Virus record (IMG/VR): IMGVR_UViG_3300029305_006397
Reading direction: 5' to 3' (one strand)
Length of the DNA: 64,000 nucleotides
From: a virus
Shown piece by piece: positions 32,856 to 41,378 of the stretch. The translations under genes and the position numbers were made by a program. Position 1 is the stretch's first letter. Each line of letters starts with the position of its first letter. Below the pieces are notes generated by a model. It was given only the letters and a program-made list of their open reading frames with translations. It made no database searches and was not told the origin of the DNA.

Positions 32856-33176
32856 TTATCTCAAGTTGTCGTTATATGCAATATCCCTGTTTTTGATTGC
32901 AATTTCGATTCGCTTTTTGCTAACGTCGCCGCCGAAAATGTGACGGGCGTATTCGCGCAAAAACTCATAGAGATATTTTGCGGTTGTATTGGAGTAACAC
33001 CAATTCCGACCCAAAGTCAACGCCGCCGCGCCCTGCGCGTCATAATCAACGATTGCAATAACGCTGTCATAAGACTGGAAAATAACAGCATTATTGGAGT
33101 GAATGATAAACTGGTTTGCAACGGGGCGACCACTTCGGGGGGATACCATGTTCCTAACACTTGCATATTTCATCAT
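32856..33176 (-). CDS. hypothetical protein (106 aa), first gene of the ribozyme-punctuated operon
   Basis: Track ORF. SD GGAAGGTG. The 18-nt motif lies about 25 nt upstream. Confidence 0.6.
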   Translation of the reverse strand: MMKYASVRNMVSPRSGRPVANQFIIHSNNAVIFQSYDSVIAIVDYDAQGAAALTLGRNWCYSNTTAKYLYEFLREYARHIFGGDVSKKRIEIAIKNRDIAYNDNLR

Positions 33177-33203
33177 GTTTTACACCTTCCTATTCTTTTC
33201 TTG

Positions 33204-33221
33204 TTTGCAAGTAATGTTTAT
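33204..33221 (-). promoter_or_regulatory. conserved 18-nt motif copy E (ATAAACATTACTTGCAAA)
   Basis: Lies upstream of the first gene of the leftward operon. Confidence 0.5.
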
Positions 33222-33664
33222 TACTATGCATAAACCCGACTTTCGACGGGCTTTAGTCGCCTGTTATAATCTCGTTTGAATGTCAAGCCCTAAGCAGCTT
33301 GCAGGGACTTTCGGCGTATGCGGTACTTGTTTGCATTCTGCCGGATTTGTGATTCTTTCTCGATTCTAACAAGCGTCTAAAGCCTATTGAGTAGACTTTA
33401 GTTAGAAAAGATAGAAAAGATAAAGGTTTGAGGGCTTTTAATGAGGCTGTAAAAACAGCGTCAAGACTTAGGATTATACGCGCCCTTATTAGGGGATTTT
33501 TCGACGGCCTGCACCTTTGCGGTATAGGTTTTTAATTAACCATTGCAGCCCCGGACTTGCGACCATTCGCCCTGCGACCTTTGCCGCTTTTTTCGCCTTT
33601 TTGAGACGGGGTTCAATCGTGCGCGTAGTATCCTTTGCGCCCTTGAATTTATTCAATTTTCAAG

Positions 33665-33693
33665 TTGCCTTTTGCGTACAAACGTGGTATAAT
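33665..33693 (+). promoter_or_regulatory. sigma70-like promoter with extended -10 (TTGCCT-17-TGgTATAAT)
   Basis: Read directly. The -10 is embedded in the palindrome CGTGGTATAATAACCACG. A GC-rich untranslated tract follows. Confidence 0.45.
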
Positions 33694-33786
33694 AACCACG
33701 TTCGGCACGGCCTCGGCTTCCCTCTCAACCTTGCAGGGCTTGCGTCCTCTCGGGGTTCGTGGTTCGGCCTCGGGCTTGTGTCGTTC

Positions 33787-33814
33787 GGGTTCCGGTTCCG
33801 GGGTTCCGGTTCCG
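33787..33814. repeat. perfect tandem duplication of 14-mer GGGTTCCGGTTCCG
   Basis: Two exact copies: 33787-33800 and 33801-33814. Confidence 0.8.
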
Positions 33815-33844
33815 TTGCCGTCCTGACGTGTATTATGTTACACC

Positions 33845-33858
33845 ATATTGCGCAATAC
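33845..33858. promoter_or_regulatory. palindromic operator-like site ATATTGCGCAATAC
   Basis: Repeated at 33903-33916, upstream of the RHH-like gene. Confidence 0.45.
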
Positions 33859-33902
33859 GTCAACCCGTATTTTTAACCAAAAATATCAATTCGTATTTGT
33901 GT

Positions 33903-33916
33903 ATATTGCACAATAC
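33903..33916. promoter_or_regulatory. palindromic operator-like site ATATTGCACAATAC
   Basis: Second copy, 15 nt before the ATG at 33931. Confidence 0.45.
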
Positions 33917-33930
33917 ATTATAGGATTATT

Positions 33931-34149
33931 ATGTACGATAAAGATAAAGCGATAAAAAGACAAAACGATTTTAATAAATCGAATTATGATAGATTAAACA
34001 CGACTATACCGAAGGGACGCAAGGCCGATATAGTTGCATATTGCGATAGTATTGGAACCACGCCAAACGGCTTAATTAATGAATTGTTGCGGTTTGAATT
34101 GGGGTTTACACCTGAACAATGGAAGGAACGGGCGACGGCTGAAGAATAG
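33931..34149 (+). CDS. small RHH/Arc-like DNA-binding protein (72 aa)
   Basis: Track ORF. Paralog of 13282..13488 (NYDRLNTTIPKGRKADIVAYC...NGLINELL..ELG..PEQW). Confidence 0.55.
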   Translation: MYDKDKAIKRQNDFNKSNYDRLNTTIPKGRKADIVAYCDSIGTTPNGLINELLRFELGFTPEQWKERATAEE

Positions 34150-34254
34150 TAATACTGTATTTTTTGTTTAATGTTGCTATACTTTATAGCTAACCGTTTA
34201 CGGTTAATTATATGCGGTTAATTAACCGTGTTTGAAAATTGGGGCGAATTTTAG

Positions 34255-34278
34255 CGACGGCGCAAACCGTCGTTTTTT
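34255..34278 (+). terminator. intrinsic terminator
   Basis: CGACGG-CGCAAA-CCGTCG followed by TTTTTT. Confidence 0.55.
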
Positions 34279-34933
34279 GTTGTGCGCTGTTGGGCGTTTG
34301 GGGCTGTTTGCAAGGCCAGGGCGACTGTTACCGGGGGCGGCGGTTGCCGTGGGTTTGCTTGATTTTTGCGGCGGCGATAGCCCCCGGATTTATTCGACCA
34401 AAAAAGCGAAAAAATTAGCTAATATCGCATTTTAGGCGACAGCCCCGGCCCCTAGGGGTATTTTACACTTTTTTAACATTTTCGCGCGATCCGCCGTCTG
34501 GTGTCTGGTATATCTATGACATATTGATTTTTGAACCGCATTCCGATCCTAAAAATGCTGCAAGATCGCAATTCAAAATCCACTTTGATTTAATCGACGG
34601 TATACTTCAACGGTAGCAGCTTTTACTATTTTCAAAAAGCTATTGAAACTCAGTGTCTTTTTAGGTCAATTTAAATCACCCTCAAGCCTGGACTTTCATG
34701 ATTTCTACCTATAATACCTCTCCTCTTTTACCTGTCGCAAAATAAATAAGACGAATCAAAGTCAATCTGATTCATTGTAAAAACTATTGAGTTTCAGCAC
34801 TTATTTCAATAAATACAACCAGTCTTTTCGAATACAAATACTAAAATTTTCGACGGTAAACCGTTGTTCACTTTTCGTGTTATTTTGAAAAGCTCTGAAA
34901 TCTAATAGTTTTAAAGAATATTGTCATTTGATC

Positions 34934-34962
34934 TTGACAACTAACCTTATCTGTGTTAAAAT
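34934..34962 (+). promoter_or_regulatory. sigma70-type promoter TTGACA-17 nt-TAAAAT
   Basis: Consensus -35, 17-nt spacer, near-consensus -10. Points toward the rightward block. Confidence 0.55.
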
Positions 34963-34988
34963 CATTATAGTTATGTTGTCCATTGTTT

Positions 34989-35026
34989 TTTGCACTTAAT
35001 TTTTATCAATAAACATTATGTGCAAA
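34989..35026. promoter_or_regulatory. inverted pair of the 18-nt motif (TTTGCACTTAATTTTTAT / ATAAACATTATGTGCAAA)
   Basis: Two copies in opposite orientation separated by 2 nt form a 38-bp near-palindrome about 30 nt downstream of the -10. Confidence 0.55.
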
Positions 35027-35246
35027 TTATATTGCGTTGCTTATGTTTATGCGCAGCAACTAACATCTCCATGGAGCGCGGAAGCGCGACCGTAACCCCG
35101 GAGGGCGTAAGCCCGTAGGTCGTAGCCCCCCTTCCCCAGAGGGAAGGTATGAAGCGCAGCGTAAGCAAGCGACCCCTGCTGCGCCCCACGCGCGGCAGTA
35201 TACTATAATCTTTCTAAGTTAATCTATATAAGTATTGAAGTGAAAA

Positions 35247-35268
35247 TTTCCACGCAAATCTGTGGAAA
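35247..35268. promoter_or_regulatory. inverted repeat TTTCCAC-N8-GTGGAAA (operator/iteron-like, DnaA-box-like half sites)
   Basis: Read directly. Repeated at 35290-35310. Confidence 0.45.
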
Positions 35269-35289
35269 AAAACGCACCCTCTATAAATA

Positions 35290-35310
35290 TTTCCACAAAA
35301 TCGCGTGGAT
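35290..35310. promoter_or_regulatory. inverted repeat TTTCCAC-N8-GTGGA(T)
   Basis: Second copy, 36 nt before the TTG start of 35346. Confidence 0.45.
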
Positions 35311-35345
35311 TTTTTATCAGAGGCTGAAAGGAGGGAAACATGTGA

Positions 35346-36197
35346 TTGGATTTTCAAGATAAAGACAAAACTGAATATCCTGAAACACGAAATAAAGAGC
35401 TAAGTTATTATCAACAACGTTTTTTGAAACTGCCAAGAATGATAATCGAAAATTTCAACATCGGAGATCAGCGTCTAGCTGTATATACTTATTTGGCAAT
35501 ACGATGTGGACTTGATTATAAAGTTGACACAGATTTAAAAACGATCATTCTTTCTTTCGGTAAAAAACCCGATAGACATCCAGGTCAAATAAATGATAAA
35601 ACTGAAAACTCCTTATCAAAACTGATCGAGCTTGGGTATATAAAAAAGTTAAGCCAGGATTGCGATTTAAATGTCAATCAAACCTTCTTTTTCGATCAGG
35701 AATGGATAGATAACAATTGCCCTCAATTCACGATTGCTTATATAGACGAAATCGAACGAATACTGAGCAGTGACATTTCAAATAAAGACATCACCCTTTT
35801 AGTGTTCGCTTATTTAAGATTAAAGATACACAGGCGTCCAAATTCTATGCCAAAGAAATATTGGGGAAATCAGGAAGGCTATAAGGCCGATAATCCAGAG
35901 GTTTATAACTGTTATTATCGAGACATTGCTAAAGAGCTTGGACTAACAGTTCATGTAGTTCAAAAGGCGGTTGATGCTTTAATTGAGATTGGCTTAATAT
36001 ATGCAGAAGAACTCCCCAGACATTTGGTGAAAAGCAGCAATGGACAAGAAAGATGGATGACTGGACAAACACTTTTTTGCAATACATACAAACGCGATGC
36101 AAAATATGAGTTTGTCAAAGGTAAACAGTATTATGAGAAAGAGATCAAAAATAAAAAGAAAATAATAGAACAAGCGAAAGGAGGTAACTCCATATGA
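35346..36197 (+). CDS. putative winged-helix DNA-binding protein (replication initiator or transcription regulator), 283 aa
   Basis: Track ORF with a TTG start 10 nt after AAAGGAGGG. Two HTH-like segments. Function is inferred from position and composition only. Confidence 0.55.
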   Translation: MDFQDKDKTEYPETRNKELSYYQQRFLKLPRMIIENFNIGDQRLAVYTYLAIRCGLDYKVDTDLKTIILSFGKKPDRHPGQINDKTENSLSKLIELGYIKKLSQDCDLNVNQTFFFDQEWIDNNCPQFTIAYIDEIERILSSDISNKDITLLVFAYLRLKIHRRPNSMPKKYWGNQEGYKADNPEVYNCYYRDIAKELGLTVHVVQKAVDALIEIGLIYAEELPRHLVKSSNGQERWMTGQTLFCNTYKRDAKYEFVKGKQYYEKEIKNKKKIIEQAKGGNSI

Positions 36198-36397
36198 ATA
36201 CGCAAAATCATACAGGTATTTATCCTGTAAGTGCTTTTACGACCAAAGATGATCCAGATTTAAAAGCGGAAGATTTTAACAGCGGTGCAGATTGGCGAGA
36301 AATACATTCTTTAATCAGGGACATATCAGACGATGATTGCTTTGCAGAATACGCTCATGATTTTTTTGAAGAATATGAATCGGTTATTGCTGATTAA
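36194..36397 (+). CDS. hypothetical acidic protein (67 aa)
   Basis: Track ORF. AAAGGAGGT SD. Confidence 0.55.
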   Translation: MNTQNHTGIYPVSAFTTKDDPDLKAEDFNSGADWREIHSLIRDISDDDCFAEYAHDFFEEYESVIAD

Positions 36398-36456
36398 TCT
36401 AAAATTCTCAGACTAAGTAAGGATGAATGAAATGGGTAAATAAAGAAGGTGTTTGT

Positions 36457-39342
36457 ATGCCTCTGGATAAGCAAATTCAAATTATCTCGACTGATACTGC
36501 GGGATTCTACAGCAACCATGAGGCAAGGTTGCATTTGAAAAATCATAAACTTCGAAGCGAAAGAAAAATACTTAAAAAAGGCGGAGTCGTTAAAAGAGCA
36601 AATGGAGACAAACGGATCGTTATTGGTTTAGATGAAATTGAAAATAAGCTTGCCGTATTTGGTATTTACTCTACTGACATAGAAGACATCATAAACGAAC
36701 GCTTTAATTTTGACGACTATACCTTAGAGGATATAGGCGAAATTAAGCATTTGATTTCCGATTACAACTTGAAAAAGAAGCTAATTGAAATCAAGAACGC
36801 TGCAATCAGCGAAAGCAAAGAGCAGCTTTTGAAGCTCTTGGCGAATAAAGTCCAGGAGAACGTAAGCTCAAATGGAAGGCATCATACGAGGTACTTGAGA
36901 GAGAATAGCGTTGTAAACAGTAATATCATTTCGGTATTTGATTCGTCCTTTACGAGAATGATCGGAGCAAAGGAAAATGAATTATGCGAAGATTTTATGG
37001 TGATTCAGGTATTTTACTTTGATGTATTGAAAGATATTCTGTATCATGGGTATACATACAAGGGCGAGAAATATATTTATTTTACTTCATCTGCCGGACA
37101 GATCAGGACAAAAAAAGCGGTTTTTGTAAAAGAAAAAATCTGGAACGAGCATGAGCGTACAATTATGTGTGGATTAACGCTTGACGAGATAAATCGCAAG
37201 GGAGGTAACAATCCCAATAAGCATCTGGCTTATATGGCTTTGAGCAATTCAGCCACTGATTTGTGGCCTGAGTTCGATATTGATAAAGCCATTGTAATCG
37301 ATGATTTTGAAACCAATGTATTTGGAACCTACGATCTCGTGGATGATGCGGACTATACTATTACCAGGGTTTCAGATTTTGTTCCTATATCTCATACAGA
37401 TGGCGCTGGTATGATACTCCCCTGTGCCTTTGGAAAGACCCAGAAAAATAAAATGGTTCGATTACCGTGGATTAAAGGATTGCTTGGCGTTTTTGATTTT
37501 AGGAAGTTTATAATTGATCAAGGAGCTTCGCCAGTAATTCGAGATATTTACGGAAAAGAACACAATTTGATTTCCGAAGATATCCAGGTAGTTTTCACCA
37601 AATCTCAGCATAAAATGTGGAAATACTATAACTCCTGGAACGAATATAAAGCGGCTTATAAGAAATATGGTTGTACTGCCGGATATACCAATGAAGAAGA
37701 GTTGAATATTCCTAATGCGTCCATCAACTATCAAATGCTTCAAACACTGACGGATATTACTCCGGAAGAGATTTTAAAAATTGCAAATAAATCTATTGGC
37801 TGTTTGGAAAATATGACGAGCAGTATAGATAACATTCGAGCAGCATTTGGTGGAGCAAATTATAATCAGGATAAGAGTAGTTTGAACAAAGCATTAGATT
37901 TATACCCTGATCTATTAAACGATGATTGGATTAAGAGAACCCTCCGGGCAATTCGCGATAGCTTGATCAAGGATTATAAAGCTGGAAAATTGAGAGTGCG
38001 AGGCAAATACACATTCTTACTCCCTGATTTTTATGCTGCATGCCAATATTGGTTCCTTGGGATCGAGGAACCGGAAGGGCTTTTGCAAGATGGAGAGGTA
38101 TTTTGTTGGTTATTTCCTGAAAGCGAAAAATTAGATTGCTTGCGAAGTCCTCATTTATATCGCGAACATCCTATTCGCAGGAATGTCGCATGGATAGGTT
38201 ATAAAGAAAGACAAGCCAAGATCAGAGAATGGTTTGGTACAAACGCAGTTTATACGAGCTGCCATGATTTGATCAGCAAGATTTTGCAGTTTGATGTTGA
38301 CGGAGATAAGAGTCTGGTGGTGGCAGATAAAACTATTATTGACGTTGCAGAGCGTAATATGCAAGGAATTGTTCCTTTGTATTATAACATGCGTAAAGCT
38401 TCTCCAGTGCAATTGAATAACGAAACGATCTATAACGGGTTGAACGCAGCATTTGTTGGCGGTAATATTGGAATATACAGCAATAATATTTCAAAGATTT
38501 GGAATAGTGAAGTTTTCATAAGCGGCAGCAATGAAGAACGTCGGGAAGCATTGGATATTATTAAGTTGCTTTGTATGGAAAATAATTTCGTTATCGATTA
38601 TGCCAAAACTCTGTATAAACCAGAACGCCCTAAGCACATTCACGAAAGAATCCTGGCCTTTACAAGAAATAAGCTTCCTCATTTTTTCGTTTATGCTAAA
38701 GACAAGCTGGACGATCAAGTGGAAAAACGCAATGGCAGTTTCGTAAATCAGTTGGATGATATAATACCTGTCCCCAGGTTCCATTTCAAAAAACTTGGTT
38801 TAGAAAAAGTTGAACATAGGTTTTTAATGCATGATTCAAATTGCACTGCAAGAGTAGCTTTTACAGATTCGGGTAAAATCATTTCAGAAGAGACAGACCC
38901 TTTAATTTTGGCGTACCATGCATTAAATAAAAAATATTTTTTGGACTTGGGAGAAGTATTACAGGTGAACTATTGCAATACTGAGTTGATATCAATATAC
39001 GCTAAAAATGGTGCTCTTGCCAAGAAGCAGCAAATGATCGAAGAAACGAAAAGCATTCTATCTGAATTTGGATATAATCAAAATCAAATTGTAGATATTT
39101 TAGTCGATTATGTGTATGGGAAAAATAGGTCGAATGCAAAAGCACTGCTATGGCTTTGCTATGGCGATTCGATTTATAAGAATATGCTACAATATTTAAT
39201 TCCGGATTTTAAGACGATACAGTGCGTAGATTGCGATGCATTATTTTCTGTTTCTGCTAAAAATCAATATGCATGCCGTTGTCCAGAATGTGCTAAAAAG
39301 CAGAAAAAGGCCGAAAGGCAATTAAAAAAGATGCTGTCTTAA
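36457..39342 (+). CDS. putative single-chain two-barrel RNA polymerase (YonO / RdRP-like), 961 aa
   Basis: CLRSPHLYREHPI ... 40 aa ... FDVDGDKSLVV (DVDGD at 38293-38307) parallels NRAPTLH ... NADFDGD of beta-prime and DxDGD of RdRP/YonO. C-terminal CxxC...CxxC zinc ribbon. ATG follows GAAGGTG (track start 36427). Confidence 0.5.
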   Translation: MPLDKQIQIISTDTAGFYSNHEARLHLKNHKLRSERKILKKGGVVKRANGDKRIVIGLDEIENKLAVFGIYSTDIEDIINERFNFDDYTLEDIGEIKHLISDYNLKKKLIEIKNAAISESKEQLLKLLANKVQENVSSNGRHHTRYLRENSVVNSNIISVFDSSFTRMIGAKENELCEDFMVIQVFYFDVLKDILYHGYTYKGEKYIYFTSSAGQIRTKKAVFVKEKIWNEHERTIMCGLTLDEINRKGGNNPNKHLAYMALSNSATDLWPEFDIDKAIVIDDFETNVFGTYDLVDDADYTITRVSDFVPISHTDGAGMILPCAFGKTQKNKMVRLPWIKGLLGVFDFRKFIIDQGASPVIRDIYGKEHNLISEDIQVVFTKSQHKMWKYYNSWNEYKAAYKKYGCTAGYTNEEELNIPNASINYQMLQTLTDITPEEILKIANKSIGCLENMTSSIDNIRAAFGGANYNQDKSSLNKALDLYPDLLNDDWIKRTLRAIRDSLIKDYKAGKLRVRGKYTFLLPDFYAACQYWFLGIEEPEGLLQDGEVFCWLFPESEKLDCLRSPHLYREHPIRRNVAWIGYKERQAKIREWFGTNAVYTSCHDLISKILQFDVDGDKSLVVADKTIIDVAERNMQGIVPLYYNMRKASPVQLNNETIYNGLNAAFVGGNIGIYSNNISKIWNSEVFISGSNEERREALDIIKLLCMENNFVIDYAKTLYKPERPKHIHERILAFTRNKLPHFFVYAKDKLDDQVEKRNGSFVNQLDDIIPVPRFHFKKLGLEKVEHRFLMHDSNCTARVAFTDSGKIISEETDPLILAYHALNKKYFLDLGEVLQVNYCNTELISIYAKNGALAKKQQMIEETKSILSEFGYNQNQIVDILVDYVYGKNRSNAKALLWLCYGDSIYKNMLQYLIPDFKTIQCVDCDALFSVSAKNQYACRCPECAKKQKKAERQLKKMLS

Positions 39343-39358
39343 ATAGCACAAAATGAGC

Positions 39359-39389
39359 GCTAAAACCATTGAAATTCAATGGTTTTAGC
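39359..39389 (+). terminator. 14-bp perfect hairpin after the RNAP-like gene
   Basis: GCTAAAACCATTGA-AAT-TCAATGGTTTTAGC followed by ATTTACTATAATTT (weak U-tract). Confidence 0.5.
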
Positions 39390-39504
39390 ATTTACTATAA
39401 TTTGAAATATGCCGAATTTCAGTGTTTTTTGTTTTATCAAAATTGACAGAATCGGATAGGAGATGTTCATTTGGGAGAAATTTCCTGTACGCGGAGGAAT
39501 AAAT

Positions 39505-39864
39505 ATGAATAAACAAAATATATCTAAAAGCTATACTAAAGCGATGTTGATTCGTGATACGGCAGATAAGTGTTTTTTGTCTGAAACTCCCGTTGAAAGA
39601 ATGGGAGTTAAACGAGCGTTAGCAATTACAACCGCCGTATACAACACTTTAGAGGCAAAAGTAAAAGAGCTACTTTCCTGTGCTGCTCCTGGAGTAGATA
39701 TAGCTATAAAGCTATTCGAAGGGATCACATTAAAGGGAAGGCATGTTCCTGAAATTATCAAGCAGAACAATCTAACGGGTGAAATGATGGTGTATAAGGC
39801 ACACATTAAACCGGAAGCGCAATTTTCAAAAAGACTTAGAGATTCGCTGATTGTTCAAAATTAA
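39505..39864 (+). CDS. HU/IHF-family (type II) DNA-binding protein
   Basis: MNKQN..., then GITLKGRHVPEIIKQNNLTGEMMVYKAHIKPEAQFSKRLRD fits the HU arm pattern (R-x-x-R-N-x-x-TGE ... P-x-F-x-x-x-K-x-L-x-D). GGAGGA SD. Confidence 0.6.
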   Translation: MNKQNISKSYTKAMLIRDTADKCFLSETPVERMGVKRALAITTAVYNTLEAKVKELLSCAAPGVDIAIKLFEGITLKGRHVPEIIKQNNLTGEMMVYKAHIKPEAQFSKRLRDSLIVQN

Positions 39865-39971
39865 TCCTATATATCCAGCGGAAACGCTGTTTATATATAA
39901 ACGGGTCGGGACTTTGAGATAGGTTCCGGCCTGACTTCTTTCATTCATATTTACACCTTTCTCTAGCTGCG

Positions 39972-40005
39972 CCACGGTTGTTAAAAGCAGCCGTGGTGTT
40001 ATTTT
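39972..40005 (+). terminator. intrinsic terminator
   Basis: CCACGGTTG-TTAAAAG-CAGCCGTGG followed by TGTTATTTT. Confidence 0.6.
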
Positions 40006-40030
40006 GAAGGTAACTGTGATGAAAAGTTTG

Positions 40031-40108
40031 ATGGAAGTAGTTTAAGGCAAAACAGCTGAAGGTACAAAACAAAAACGGAAGTTGAGGGTGCAAATCCCTC
40101 CTTCCATC
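40031..40108 (+). pseudogene. tRNA-like element lacking a recognizable anticodon arm
   Basis: Acceptor ATGGAAG/CTTCCAT. The D-arm GTTT-AAGGCA-AAAC is nearly identical to that of tRNA-Trp at 1510-1585. T-like arm GAGGG-TGCAAAT-CCCTC. The middle 29 nt do not pair. Confidence 0.35.
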
Positions 40109-40113
40109 CGTAT

Positions 40114-40191
40114 TGCGGAGTGGAGAAGCGGACTATCTCGCCAGCCTCATAAGCTGGAGATCGCTGGTTCGAATCCAGCCTCTCGCAACCA
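40114..40191 (+). tRNA. tRNA-Met-like (anticodon CAT) with one bulged nucleotide in the acceptor 3' strand
   Basis: D-arm GAGA/TCTC, arm CCAGC-CTCATAA-GCTGG, T-arm GCTGG-TTCGAAT-CCAGC. Acceptor TGCGGAG pairs with CTC(T)CGCA. Encoded ACCA. Confidence 0.6.
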
Positions 40192-40194
40192 CAT

Positions 40195-40269
40195 GTGGAG
40201 TTCGTATAATGGTTAGTACCTGAGATTTTCAATCTCAAAACAGGGGTTCAACTCCCCTACTCCTCACCA
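40195..40269 (+). tRNA. tRNA-Glu (anticodon TTC)
   Basis: Arm TGAGA-TTTTCAA-TCTCA, T-arm AGGGG-TTCAACT-CCCCT, encoded CCA. One acceptor mismatch. Confidence 0.8.
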
Positions 40270-40438
40270 GTTAGTTTTTTGCTGTAATGATCTTCGGACT
40301 TATGGCTTAAATCGCATGCTTCGGATTCCTTCGGGGCCGAGGCTTTATTTTGAAAAATTGTTCGCTAGTCAGTATGCGACTAATAAAATACTGATCAGAA
40401 ACTACCATCTGATTTCTTTTAAATCAGGTGGTTTATAT

Positions 40439-40515
40439 CAGGGTGTATATCAGTTTGGTAGATGGCCGCATTTGGGATGCGGAGGCCGCTGGTTCGAATC
40501 CAGTCACCTTGACCA
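40439..40515 (+). tRNA. tRNA-Pro (anticodon TGG)
   Basis: C1-G72 acceptor CAGGGTG/CACCTTG, arm CCGCA-TTTGGGA-TGCGG, T-loop GGTTCGAATCC, encoded CCA. Confidence 0.85.
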
Positions 40516-40557
40516 TGATCGTACTCAAGAATGCTACGGCGCTTGGGTCTATTTATA

Positions 40558-40584
40558 GGGTGGCGATGCCACCCTTTTATTTTT
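40558..40584 (+). terminator. intrinsic terminator inside the tRNA array
   Basis: GGGTGGC-GAT-GCCACCC followed by TTTTATTTTT. Confidence 0.6.
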
Positions 40585-40588
40585 ACAT

Positions 40589-40678
40589 GCTGATATGGCC
40601 GAGTCTGGCTTAAGGCGGTGGTCTTGAAAACCATTGGAGGTAACACTCACGGAGGTTCGAATCCTTCTATCAGCGCCA
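40589..40678 (+). tRNA. tRNA-Ser (anticodon TGA)
   Basis: Class II: acceptor GCTGATA/TATCAGC, loop CTTGAAA, long variable arm, encoded CCA. Confidence 0.85.
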
Positions 40679-40831
40679 GTATTAGCTCTCCTGCATAAAA
40701 ATGTGCTATTGATGACAGAAACAGGAGATAAGAGTCCCGCAAGTAGACACGCGGTTCAGTGCTCGTACAGGTGTTTTGTTGAGCAAGCAGTCTATTAAGA
40801 ATAAACACTGACAGCAGGAAAGACTGCATAT

Positions 40832-40923
40832 GGAGAGGTGGCTGAGTGGCTGAAAGCGGCACCCTGCTAAGATGTTTGCCCTGGTGACAGGGCACGAGAG
40901 TTCGAATCTCTCCCTCTTCGCCA
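40832..40923 (+). tRNA. tRNA-Ser (anticodon GCT)
   Basis: Class II: GGAGAGG acceptor, loop CTGCTAA, variable arm GCCCTGGTGACAGGGC, encoded CCA. Confidence 0.8.
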
Positions 40924-41094
40924 AACAAATGTGGTTCCGGTAGAGCCTGACGCATCAGTACCGACCTTGATGGAAAGGGTATCCCGTAGCTAAGACGAGT
41001 CCATAGGCGGGGATTTCTGCCACGTTGATTTAGCTCATCTGCCAAGTGCAGAAGGAGTTCCTGGATGTGTTACACAACTAGCGCATCCTGATTT

Positions 41095-41169
41095 GGTTCT
41101 ATAGTTTAGGGGCTAGAATGCCAGCCTGTCACGCTGGAGACACGGGTTCGATTCCCGTTAGAGCCGCCA
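41095..41169 (+). tRNA. tRNA-Asp (anticodon GTC)
   Basis: Arm CCAGC-CTGTCAC-GCTGG, T-loop GGTTCGATTCC, encoded CCA. Confidence 0.85.
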
Positions 41170-41228
41170 ATTTGCCTCACACGCCTCTTTGTCGTATGAC
41201 AAATGCGGACTAAGTGAGGTTTTTTCAT

Positions 41229-41304
41229 GGGGTTATAGCTCAGTTGGAAGAGCGCGTGCTTTGCAAGCATGAGGTCAAGGGTTCGAGACCCTTTAGCTCC
41301 ACCA
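41229..41304 (+). tRNA. tRNA-Ala (anticodon TGC)
   Basis: G3:U70 pair present, loop TTTGCAA, encoded CCA. Confidence 0.85.
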
Positions 41305-41306
41305 AT

Positions 41307-41378
41307 CGCCGGGTGGTGTAAATGTTAGCACCGCAGACTATGATTCTGCGAATAAAGGTTTAAATCCTTTTCCGGCGA
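41307..41378 (+). tRNA. tRNA with anticodon ATG (nominally His), no encoded CCA
   Basis: Acceptor CGCCGGG/TCCGGCG, D GTGT/GCAC, arm GCAGA-CTATGAT-TCTGC, T-arm AAAGG-TTTAAAT-CCTTT. A34 and the lack of a G-1 feature are atypical for His. Confidence 0.6.

Noticed and set aside
33517-34435. ORFs 33517..33876 (+), 33660..33863 (-) and 34232..34435 (+) in the GC-rich control region.
   Set aside because: They have no SD. Their low-complexity Arg/Gly/Pro/Ala composition comes from the GC-rich repeats, and they overlap each other on opposite strands.
35247-35310. TTTCCACA-like sequences considered as bona fide DnaA boxes marking oriC-type replication.
   Set aside because: Each has 1-2 mismatches to TTATCCACA. 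Their arrangement as two N8-spaced inverted repeats fits dimeric operator sites at least as well. They are reported only as operator/iteron-like.
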